64,000 nt of DNA, from NCBI GenBank assembly GCA_024679065.1, contig JAGIQG010000027.1, forward strand, positions 4,526,001 through 4,590,000, in the 5' to 3' direction. The translations under genes and the position numbers were made by a program. Position 1 is the first letter of the stretch; each line of letters opens with the position of its first letter. Shown here one piece after another: positions 36,005 through 45,799 of this stretch. This DNA comes from Sphyrna mokarran (Eukaryota). The notes under the pieces are model-generated. The model did not search any database, was not told the origin of the DNA, and worked only from the letters and a program-made list of their open reading frames with translations.

Positions 36005-36340
36005 TTACCTCTTGGATGTGGACTTGCCAAATTAATACCAGTTCAAATGCACCTAAGAAGGTAATGGTGAGCTATTGTTTTGAAAAGTGAATGGCTCGCT
36101 AGCTAGATAACCACATTGTACTAGGAAAGCAGATTTCCTTCCTTGAAGGACACGATAAACTGGATGTACTTTAGTGACAATCCAGTTATCACCAATTCTA
36201 GCTTTTTATATTTCAGACTTGCTTAATTGGCTGAAGTTGAATTTCCCAGGTGGTTCAGTGATTATTGAATTCATGTTGTCAGATCATTAGCCCAGGTCTC
36301 TAGATTACTTGGCCACTCATTTAACCACAACACTGCTGTA
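36005..36340 (-). mobile_element. SINE family D, decayed
   Basis: ggatgtggacttgcc..gcagatttccttccttgaagga..cattagcccaggtctctagattact. Confidence 0.55.
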
Positions 36341-37074
36341 TCTCAAGCCACAGTGCAGGTAAAACTCTGGCCTTGGGAGAGTGTATGTATGCATGTTAAT
36401 TGCCCAGACATTGCCTGTGCATTTAAATAATTATTAAGTGCTACTTAATGGAGCCGGCTTTTAAACATTCCATTTGAACATCTCTATGGAAGTGGATTGA
36501 CGTCCTCTTTATGTTGCAACCACTTGGTGCTATGCTCTGTCAGGACTCTCAAGGACACGAGATCAATCCCACGAACAAAGCAAAGCCAATTTTGGAGCAT
36601 TATATGTGACCCAGATACAACTGATTATGTATTTCATTTTCTGGCAGTCAACCTTCTCTGATGTCAGGGGAAATCTTGATCCACTCCAGCAATGCTAAAA
36701 CTACCTCATTGCTGCAATGAGTATTTTACCCACTGTCAGCAAGAAAGAATGGTGACCTTCACTGCTGTTGATCTTGGCTCTAGTAACACTGCTGAAGCGA
36801 GATGGGGAGGGTATGGGGGAGTGTTGGAAAATCATCTCCTGAAGTGATTCTTCACTCCTCTGGAGTGTTGGCTGGCTTACGTTGTAACATTGCATCCAAA
36901 ACAAGATCTGCCTGTGGTGACATTCCTTAAAGAGATTTGGAGGGGCTCAGATTATTTCATTGGTCACAATCCCAGTGTCTAAAAATGAAAACCCTATGCA
37001 ATGTGATTCTTTTATTGTCCAGCATGCCATGCTATGGTGTGCTAGAATGCAGGATTGTGATAAACATTTACTGA

Positions 37075-37220
37075 GATTGCCAGTCTTCCACATCCACTAG
37101 GTGGGATTTCCTGGCTTTTCCGATGAACTGGATCTTCAGTTCCCATCGAAGTCAGTGGGGATTTGAATGGCTCACTGCATCTTCCTTGGGGAAACCCATG
37201 ACAGCGGGGTTGGAATTCTC
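37075..37220. mobile_element. Short Harbinger-like MITE
   Basis: gagattgccag..ggatcttcagttcccatcgaagtcagtgggg..cggggttggaattctc. Confidence 0.45.
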
Positions 37221-37430
37221 TTCCACAAAGAGAAGTGCAGGCTGGATCATTGAATATATTCAAGGTGGAATTTGACAGATTTTTGATCAACAAGGGAGTC
37301 AAAGGTTATGGCAGGAAGTAAGGAAAATGGAGTTGAAGTCGCAAAGTGGTCAGCCATGATCTGACTGAGTGGCAGTGCAGACTGTAGGGGCCCAATGCCC
37401 TGTTCCTGCTGCTAATCCTTGTGTTCCTGT
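37210..37430 (+). mobile_element. CR1 3' end
   Basis: tggaattctcttccacaaagag..ttgaatatattcaagg..cagccatgatct..ctaatccttgtgttcc. Confidence 0.75.
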
Positions 37431-37707
37431 GAGGAACAATGGACCATTTTATTTTGTTAAAGATACTATAAAGGTTAAAGGTTAAAGTTGTTGTTGTTTA
37501 TGTTTCCAGCATATGGGTGATAAGTGAGAATCAGGCACTTCACACCTGGAGTAGAGCAATGTACTGCAAAAGACTGTCAGAAAAGCCTTAGATGTTGCAA
37601 GCAATTCCCAGTGTAATCACTGCCAAGATGTAAGGAAATGCAACAGTCAACTTGTGCAAAGCAATCTCCCAGAAACAGCAATAAGATAATAACCAGGCAA
37701 CTTGATC

Positions 37708-37882
37708 ATAATAAAACAGAATGTGCTGGACAAACTCTTCTTGAGTTCCAAAAAAGAGTCACATTGAACTTAAAACATTAGCTCTGTTTCTCTTTCCACA
37801 GATGTTGCCAGATGTGCTGAGTGTTTGCAGACTTTCTATTGATATTTAAGAACTTAGCATCCACCATTAATTGTTTTTATTA
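37708..37882. mobile_element. Family B palindrome nested in a reverse Deu SINE (37590-38090)
   Basis: aataaaacagaatgtgctgga...ccacagatgttgccagatgtgctgagtgtttgcag. Confidence 0.6.
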
Positions 37883-38356
37883 ACCTGTTCTATTCATATT
37901 GAGTAAGGGATAAAAGTTTGCAGGAACAGGAAAACATTCTCTTGATAATGATCAATTAATCTGTTTTAATGATGTTGATTGAAGATTAAATATTGGCTAG
38001 GAAACGAGGGAGAGCATCCTTGCTCTCCTTCAAATAGTCCATGGCATCATTTGCATCCATGTGAATGGGCATATTCATTTTAAAACAATTTTAGCATGGT
38101 ATAATTTTCAAGACACTTCATATAAGTGCGATCAGACATTAGATAGACACAGTCAGTGATACAGAAGAGGTGGGCAAAAGTTTGTCAAAGGCTGAGGTTT
38201 TAACAATAGTGTCACTGAATCTTTTATATCACCCAAGAAGGCAGACAGGTAATGGTTTAATATCTTATCCAAGAAACAATACTTCTGACAAAATAGAAAC
38301 TGCGTTGTCAGCTCAAGTTTTTGGAGTGGGGCTTGAGTCCACTGGCTTCTACCTCA

Positions 38357-38559
38357 CATAATAAGAAATCTCACAACACCAGGTTAGAGTCCAACCAGTT
38401 TATTTGATAGTAATCCTGAACAGGTTCCACACACCTGACAAAGGAACACTTTCTGAAAGCTTGTGAGATTACTACCAAATAAACTGGTTGGACTTAAACT
38501 TGGTGTTGTGAGACTTCTTATTGTGTTTACCCCAGTCCAATGCAAACATCTCTACATCA
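38357..38559 (+). mobile_element. Penelope-like fold-back insertion (family A), hammerhead core mutated
   Basis: TSD ttctacctca at 38347-38356 and 38560-38569; cac CTGACAA a ggaa cact ttct GAAA GC TT gtg at 38432-38465. Confidence 0.9.
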
Positions 38560-38824
38560 TTCTACCTCAGATATCAGAGAGCCATCTTTGGGTTAAGTCT
38601 GAATAGGCAATGTGATATAGTGAGCACAATCCTACACTGCTGATTTCCCAAGTTTGGCTATTTTTCCGACTGGAAACAGCTGGGAACAGGAAAAAAAACT
38701 GGACAAAGTATGAGCAATCGTCATAATTAAACTTTCCAAAAAACAGACAATAGGAAAGGAATGTTTTCCCTTTTGACATACCAGCTCCTTACACTGACAA
38801 ATATAACATCTCTCCCAACGAGAA

Positions 38825-39003
38825 GCGGGTACACTTTTAAAAAGCATTCAGACAGTTACATGAATACAATGGGTATAGAGGTATATGGGCCAAATGTGGG
38901 CAATTGGGATTCGCCTAGGTGTTTAAAAAAAAAGGGTGGCATGGATAAATTGGGCCCAAGGGCCTGTTTCCGTGCTGTAATCATCTATGACTCTATGACT
39001 CAA
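38825..39003 (+). mobile_element. CR1 3' end
   Basis: gggcccaagggcctgtttccgtgctgta..(ctatgact)n tail. Confidence 0.8.
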
Positions 39004-39299
39004 TGACACATCATGCTGAACTTCACACTGAAATTACATAGGGAGTCAAGCATGGGAGCAGCCCAATCTTTATTTCCCAATAAGGAAGTACAAATTCCAG
39101 ATAACCATTAAGAGCCATTTATTTTTTATTCTTGATGAAGGAATGGCTCCATTTCAGATAATATCTCTTATCTTACATCTGAATCTCATCCATTCCCTTC
39201 TTCTTTTAATAAATTTTCTGGGTTGATAAGTGAATATAAGAGTTTGGCTATGATCCCATTCATGGTCGAATTGTCAGACTTGAGAAATGGTCAAGTATC

Positions 39300-39712
39300 A
39301 GCTATGGCTCCATAAGTCAAGGGTTTGGTGTTCAAGTCCTTGGTATATAATCTAGGATGTTGATTCAGAGCAATTATGAGGAAGTGCTGCATTGTTGAAG
39401 ATGCCATTTTTCAGGAGAAATGTTAAACAGAGGCCTGATCTGCCCACTCAGGTGGCTGCAAGCTATCCTATGAACTATTTGAGGAAAACCAGGGAAATTC
39501 TCTCTAGGGTCCTAGGCAATGTTTAACCTTCAACTGACATCATTAAAACACATTATTTAGTCATTATTAAGTTGTTGTTTGCAGAGCTTGCTGTACACAA
39601 ATTGGCTGTTGCATTTTCTACATTACAACTTTGAAGGCATTTAAGGTTCATTTCAGCAGCTGTAAAGCACTTTGAATCACCCTGAGGTTGTGACAGGGAC
39701 TGTTGAAATGCT
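39300..39712 (+). mobile_element. Deu-domain SINE
   Basis: gaggaagtgctgcattgttgaagatgcc..tgttaaacagaggcc..aaattggctgttgcattttctacattacaac. Confidence 0.8.
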
Positions 39713-40590
39713 GAAAATTTCAGCAGGTCTGACAGCATCTGTGGAGAGAGAATGGGACTAATAGTTAGAGTTAGGAAGTTAGCTTGAAAAGTTGGCTCTA
39801 TTCTCTCTCCACAGATAGTGAAGAATGAAGAGGGATCTTAGTGTATATGTTGCCTGAAAGTTGGCAATCAAGTCGATAAGGTTGTTAAGAAGGCATACGA
39901 AGTCTTAGCTTTTATTGGTAGGGGGATTGAATTTTGGAGCCGCAACGTCATGTTGCAACTGTACAAAACTCTAGTGCGGCCGCACTTGGAGTATTGTGTG
40001 CAGTTCTGGTCCCCACATTATAAGAAAGATGTGGAGGCAGTGGAGAGGGTACAGAGGAGGTTTACCAGGATGTTGCCTGGTATGGAGGGCAGGTCTTATG
40101 AGGAGAGGCTGAGGGATTTGAGGTTGTTTTCGTTAGAAAGAAGGCGGATAAGAGGAGACCTTATTGAAACATATAAGATGATTAGAGGTTTAGATAGGGT
40201 GGACAGTGATAGCCTTTTTCCTAGGATGGAGAAAGCTAGCACGAGGGGATATAGCTTTAAATTAAGGGGTGGTGGTTTTAGGACAGATGTCAGAGGTAGG
40301 TTCTTTACCCAGAGGGTGGTAAGGGTATGGAATGCCCTACCTGCTGCAGTTGTAGATGCGCCAAGTTTGGTGGCTTTTAAGAAGTTAGTAGATAAGTTTA
40401 TGGACGAAAAGGGAATGGTTTAGGTTAGAGGGTCATTGCTTTTTCTTAATTGGTCAGCGCAACATCGAAGGCCGAAGGGCCTGTTCTGCGCTGTAATGTT
40501 CTATGTTCTATGTTTCAGAACTGCTAAGATTTTCCAGCATTTTCTGTTTTTGTTTCTGATTCCAGCATCCGCAGTATTTTGCCTTTATAT
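39705..40590. mobile_element. Family B palindrome split by a CR1 insertion
   Basis: Right arm ctctctccacagat| (39816) resumes as tcagaactgctaagattttccagcattttctg (40515). Confidence 0.7.
39821..40514 (+). mobile_element. Young CR1 LINE 3' fragment
   Basis: Open ORF 39950..40423 LYKTLVRPHLEYCVQFWSP..WNALP; tail (tgttcta)n. Confidence 0.95.
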
Positions 40591-40665
40591 TGCTATGTAA
40601 ATGCTACTTCATTCTTGCTTCTTGTGGAGTTTCATTAGTCAGTGGAATCAAGATCAAGAGAAGAG

Positions 40666-40868
40666 CCATAGAATCCTTATAGTTCAGAAAGAGGCCATTT
40701 GGCCCATCAAGTCTGCACCAACTATCCAAAAGAACATCAAACCCAGGCCCCACCAACTCCACCCCCCCGCCCTATCCCTGTAACCCCACATATTTAACAT
40801 CGCTAAACTACCTAAACTATACATCTTTGGAAACTAAGAGGCAACTTAGCACAGCCAGTCCACCTAAG
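40666..40868 (-). mobile_element. HE1 SINE, 3' part
   Basis: catagaatcc..gaggccatttggcccatcaagtctgcacc..ccctatccctgtaacccc. Confidence 0.7.
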
Positions 40869-41119
40869 CAATGGAAAGAGGAAATTGGAAAGAATTCAAA
40901 TATGGTTGAGGCGTGAAAGCATATCTATTAAATAAGGTGTGTCTTGGAATGAAACTGCTTCCAGCATTCCTGCAGGGAAGGCACTGAATACAATCCTCAG
41001 CTACTTTTCCTTAAAAGTTTTTGCAGCCAAAAGATATGGATCATTTTTGGCAGCTTAAGCTACTAACCAATTCAAAGTGCTCTTAACTTCCTGAGCACCA
41101 ATGAAGTAATTGTGATCAT

Positions 41120-41607
41120 GTTAAAGTCCCACTCTAGAGACTTGAGCACAAAACGTAGGCTGATAATCCCAGTGCCATACTGAGGGAGGGCTGCACTGTC
41201 AAATATGCTGGCCAAAATTCTCCGCTCATTCACAGCTCTCCACCACTGCCAGTGAAGATGGAGAATTTGGCACTCAGCTATTCACTGCAGAAGGACTCAA
41301 GAATCCCAATTGTGGGCAAGATCAGAGAATCTGGCCCACTGTCTTTCAGAGGAGATGTTAAAGCTTGCTCCGTCTGCCCTCATGGATGTACGCCAAACTC
41401 CCAGGACATTATGTCAGAGGAGATTAGGGAAATCTCAACTAACATTTATCTTAACCAACATAAATTATCTGGTCATTATTGTATTGCAGTTTGTGGGAAC
41501 TTGCTATTCATAAATTATCTGTTGCACTTCTTACATTACAACTATGACTACACTTCAAAAGTACTTTGGGACATCCTGAAGTCATAAATGGTATGAGATA
41601 AATGCTG
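41120..41607 (+). mobile_element. Deu-domain SINE with a nested short MITE (41209-41317)
   Basis: Deu core split at gctgcactgtcaaatatgc|...|tgtctttcagaggagatgttaaa; MITE TIR ggccaaaattctc/gagaatctggcc. Confidence 0.75.
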
Positions 41608-41745
41608 TAGCTATTTGGCAATGACAAGCATCACAGCCAATAAAAACAACAGTAACTTTTTGCAAAGCATTTTAAGAAATCCTGATTGTTATGAGGCAAT
41701 ACATAATTGCAATATCTTTCTTTCAGTCATTGCTTCTTCATGCAA
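41608..41745 (+). repeat. Direct repeat, copy 1 (138 bp)
   Basis: Matches 42765-42901 with 5 substitutions and 1 indel. Confidence 0.95.
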
Positions 41746-42764
41746 TGGTTTTTTACCATTACAGCCCCGAATATTTTGCCTCAATTTCTCAGCCAATTTT
41801 GAGTTGGCTGCTGAATGTCCTTGTGCTGTGCCACTGAAAATACTTGCTTATGGAATGGTATGACAGCAGCTCCTATGCTCACTGCATCACAGTTTTGTGG
41901 ATGCTTCACTACTTAACATCCTTGCCAATGTCTCAATTCAAAAGCTGAAAATGAACATCTATTATAATGTCAGATAACCTTATCACTGAGGAAGAAAATC
42001 CATTTGTTTTTAAGTTTGAGCGAGAGTTAATGGCAGGAACAATCTGAAGCATATGTGTACGCCAATATTAAGATTTTCCGTCACAAAAAAAAGTTTGTTC
42101 ATCTTTTTCTTTCCTTTGCCTCCATTCTCCGGCTCTCATGATTGTATTGGCTTTAAGAGTAAATTTCTGCCAAGGTAGTATATCACATAATTTCACATAA
42201 TGTACAATAATGTTGAGTGTCAATTGACTCACATCTCCTCACTGGAACTGACAAGTCGAACATTTTGAAGAAAAATTGCTCAATTCATGGAGAACATTCT
42301 TCGAAATAACTTACCTGCACACTGTGACCAGATGACCCAGAAATTAGTCCAGAGATAAATTACACTTAAGTGGAGTGATATGCACATCCCCTCTTCAAGC
42401 TATCGTTAGCTCACTCAGCACCCTTAAGTGTTCTCACACTCTTGATCCATGCAAGGCCCTCAGGTTCATGTGGATTAGAATCTCATCACAACTCTTCAGA
42501 TCATGCCATCAGCTGAGTTGTGCCTTGATAAAATTGCGAGGAAGACAATCAAATACAGTAACATCTAGGGTGACCTGTAGCATACATTCTGCCATGCCTT
42601 TTGAATGACATCTTGTAATTATGCTTTTCTAAATCCCAACTCTGCTAATCCTTTCTTTAGTTGAAGGCACTGCCTCTTGCAGGAATTCAGTTTCATGATC
42701 AGTTTTCTGATAAGTTTGCCTGGATTGTCTGTGTACCTTTGTGAGCTCAAACAATGAGGATAAA

Positions 42765-42901
42765 TAGCTATTTGGCAATGACAAGCATCACAGCCAATAA
42801 AACAACACTAACTTTTTGTAAAGCATTTTAAGAAATCCTGATTGTTATGAGGCATTATATAATTGCAATATCTTTCTTTCAGTCATTGCTTTTTCATGCA
42901 A
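42765..42901 (+). repeat. Direct repeat, copy 2 (137 bp)
   Basis: Matches 41608-41745. Confidence 0.95.
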
Positions 42902-43103
42902 GTATCAGTTCTGCTGACACTGGGCAAGAATGCAAGATACTGACATTGTCTTAGATTAACCTGATGGGTAGCAGGAGTATCGTGTGCAGATAATCAATAT
43001 GGACTTGATGCCTAAGTAGTGACGCAGAAGCTGTGCTGCCAATCAGGGGTGGCTTTTTTCTTTGTTTATACTAACAACAGATGAAGATGCTTCAACCACG
43101 TCC

Positions 43104-43558
43104 CAGAGGACTGTATACTAATTAAGCCTCTTGTATCTTCCATTTCAGGGTTATAAAAAAACAATTGGTTGTAGAATTCTAGATTCTTTTATGTTGTCCA
43201 GGCATCATTTAAAGAGCAGTACTGGCTTAATTCTCTCCTGTCTTCCCTAATTATGTTGACTCTCACAAAAGCACAGTTCCACAAGCTCCAGGAACCTTAG
43301 CTCTGTCAGAATTACCACTCGTCATTTCCAGGTTTGGCTAATCATTACCAATGGGATATTAAACATGGAGGCATCACAAGTAATTCCAATTCTGTTCTTG
43401 TACAGTTATCATCCAGTGAAATGATTGGATAATGTTTTATTCCTCCCTTTCCCAACTGCGAGACTGTACGAGATAATTCTATCCTCAATTGAGATCATTT
43501 CCCTGATTCAATTCTTTTGCAGAGGACTGTATACTAATTAAGCCTCTTGTATCTTCCA
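43104..43558 (+). repeat. Perfect 39-bp direct repeat pair (43104-43142 and 43520-43558)
   Basis: cagaggactgtatactaattaagcctcttgtatcttcca occurs twice. Confidence 0.95.
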
Positions 43559-43980
43559 AAAAAATGAATCTGGGATAAGTTTTCTGTTTAGTTGAATTAG
43601 TAGTACATTATTTAGTCTCTTTATTCATTGAAGCAGTTAATGTTTATAACCAAAGTGTCACTTTCCCATTAAATAAAGTAGATTTCTGGGCCTGTGTAAT
43701 AGTAAACATTATTTGCCCTGAGATCAAATTTATTTTATTTTTTGCCTCAATTTCCTTGCCTATTTTCTAGAATGCACTGATTCTTGCTGGAATGCAGTTC
43801 CACAGTTGCCTTTAGTCGAGTCCTCGCATTTACATGTGAGCTTAGACAGTAAACATTAGCAAGCTGTTCAGCAATGGTGTGCATCATATCTGAACTTAAT
43901 TCAGACATCAGCAATAACTGATATGGGAGCTGAAAAATAAGCCGTTTTATCCATTATCCACAAATGTGGAGGCTAATTCC

Positions 43981-44745
43981 TGCACTATGGCAGGAATAAT
44001 AAATGTGTAGAGTATAGGGCTAATGGTAGGATTCTTAGTAGTCTTGATGAACAGAGGGACCTTGGTGTGTATGTGCATAGATCCCTGAAAGTAGGCAGTC
44101 AAGTCGAGAAGGTTGTTAAGAAGGCATATGGAGTCTTAGCTTTTATTGGTAGGGGGATTGAATTTCGGAGCCGCAACGTCATGTTGCAACTGTACAAAAC
44201 TCTAGTGCGGCCGCACTTGGAGTATTGTGTGCAGTTCTGGTCCCCACATTATAAGAAAGATGTGGAGGCATTGGAGAGGGTACAGAGGAGGTTTACCAGG
44301 ATGTTGCCTGGTATGGAGGGCAGGTCTTATGAAGAGAGGCTGAGGGATTTGAGGTTGTTTTCGTTAGAAAGGAGGCGGCTAAGAGGGGACCTTATCGAAA
44401 CATATAAGATGATTAGAGGTTTAGATAGGGTGGACAGTGATAGCCTTTTTCCTAGGATGGAAAAAGCTAGCACGAGGGGACACAGCTTTAAATTAAGGGG
44501 TGATAGTTATAGGACGGATATCAGAGGTAGGTTCTTTACCCAAAGGGTGGTTCGGGAGTGGAATGCCCTGCCTGCAGCAGTTGTAGATGCGCCAAGTTTG
44601 GTGGCGTTTAAGAGGTTAGTTGATAAGTATATGGAAGAGAAGGGAATGGTTTAGTTTGGAGGGGCATTGCTTTTTATATTGGTCGGCGCAACATCGAAGG
44701 CCGAAGGGCCTGTTCTGTGCTGTAATGTTCTATGATCTATGTTCT
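43981..44745 (+). mobile_element. Young CR1 LINE 3' fragment
   Basis: Frame is open from 43983 (HYGRNNKCVEY..QRDLGV) to the stop at 44654; same subfamily as 39821-40514. Confidence 0.95.
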
Positions 44746-45552
44746 TAATTGAATCTCATCTAACAAACCTCAACATTGAGTGTGTCACTCAATACACATC
44801 AAGAATTGAAGCTGTGACTTGTCTGGCATTTATGGTTCAGTTCCTCATTTACCAACTAATCAATACAGGGAGAAGATGCACAAATGAGGTGCAGGAGTCA
44901 GCCCTTGAGCCGGATCAGCCCTGCCATTCAATAAGATCATGCCTGGTCCGATTGTGGCCTCAGCTCACATTCTGCCTGACCCCAATACTTTCTTGTTAAT
45001 CTCTTGTTAATCAAGAATCTATCTAACTCTGCCTTAAAAATATTCAATGACCCTATCTTCACCACTGTCAGGGGAAGAGAGATTCATGAGCCTCTTCTCA
45101 TCTTAAATGAGAGACCCTTTATTTTTAAACTATGTTCCTTTGTTCTATCTCCCACATGGAGAAACATTGGCAGTGATTTTCCCACCCCGAAGCGTTAATT
45201 TTTTTGGTGCTTCAGCCCGGGAGAATCGCGTGTTGGCCTCTTTGTGAGATGTGTTCCTGACGAGTGCGCAGCTCCGAGCACCAGATATCCAGAATGGTCG
45301 GGATCATGCTGGAAACTGGCGGGAACAGCAGGTAAGTTGTTTTGATCTGTTTTTAACATAAATTAAATGCCATTATCGGGCCTGGGACTGAAGTCTCTGA
45401 GCCTGCTAGCATCTCCCACCACCCCATCAGTGCAACTTCACTTTGGCAGGATTCAGACTAGCGGGAGACCCCCACTGGAGTGAAGGGGGAGCAATTGGGG
45501 CCCTCCCATGGAATTAGGTGGTGAGGGTGGTCTCCCTGGGCATGGACACCCT

Positions 45553-45799
45553 CAGTAAAGTTTTACAATACCAATTTTAAATCCAACCAATTTATTTGAT
45601 AGTAAATTCGCGAGCTTTCGACTCTATAGCCTTCGTCAGGCAAATGCAGGCTATATAAATGCAGGCTATAGATGCAGGCTGACGAAGGCTATAGAGTCGA
45701 AAGCTCGCGAATTTACTATCAAATAAATTGGTTGGATTTAAAATTGGTGTTGTAAAACTTTACTGAGTTTACCCCAGTCCAACACCGGCATCTCTACAT
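45553..45799 (+). mobile_element. Penelope-like fold-back insertion (family A), very young
   Basis: TSD catggacacc(c/t)t at 45541-45552 and 45800-45811; 89-bp arms (45551-45639 and 45679-45767) with 1 mismatch; 32-nt tail. Confidence 0.92.
45606..45645 (-). ncRNA. Minimal hammerhead ribozyme motif, intact
   Basis: atttgc CTGACGA a GGCT atag AGTC GAAA GC TC gcgaat; the mirror core is on the + strand at 45679-45712. Confidence 0.8.

Noticed and set aside
39709-39725. Near-perfect palindrome tgctgaaaatttcagca
   Set aside because: It is an internal hairpin of the family B element.
41608-42901. Direct repeats as the LTR pair of a TRIM/LTR element
   Set aside because: No TG..CA termini, PBS, PPT or TSD visible, and one copy is continuous with an older SINE remnant.
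44067-44654. 195-aa ORF (also 39950..40423, 34664..35143, 10377..10685) as a host gene
   Set aside because: These are C-terminal ORF2 fragments of 5'-truncated CR1 LINEs with typical 3' tails.
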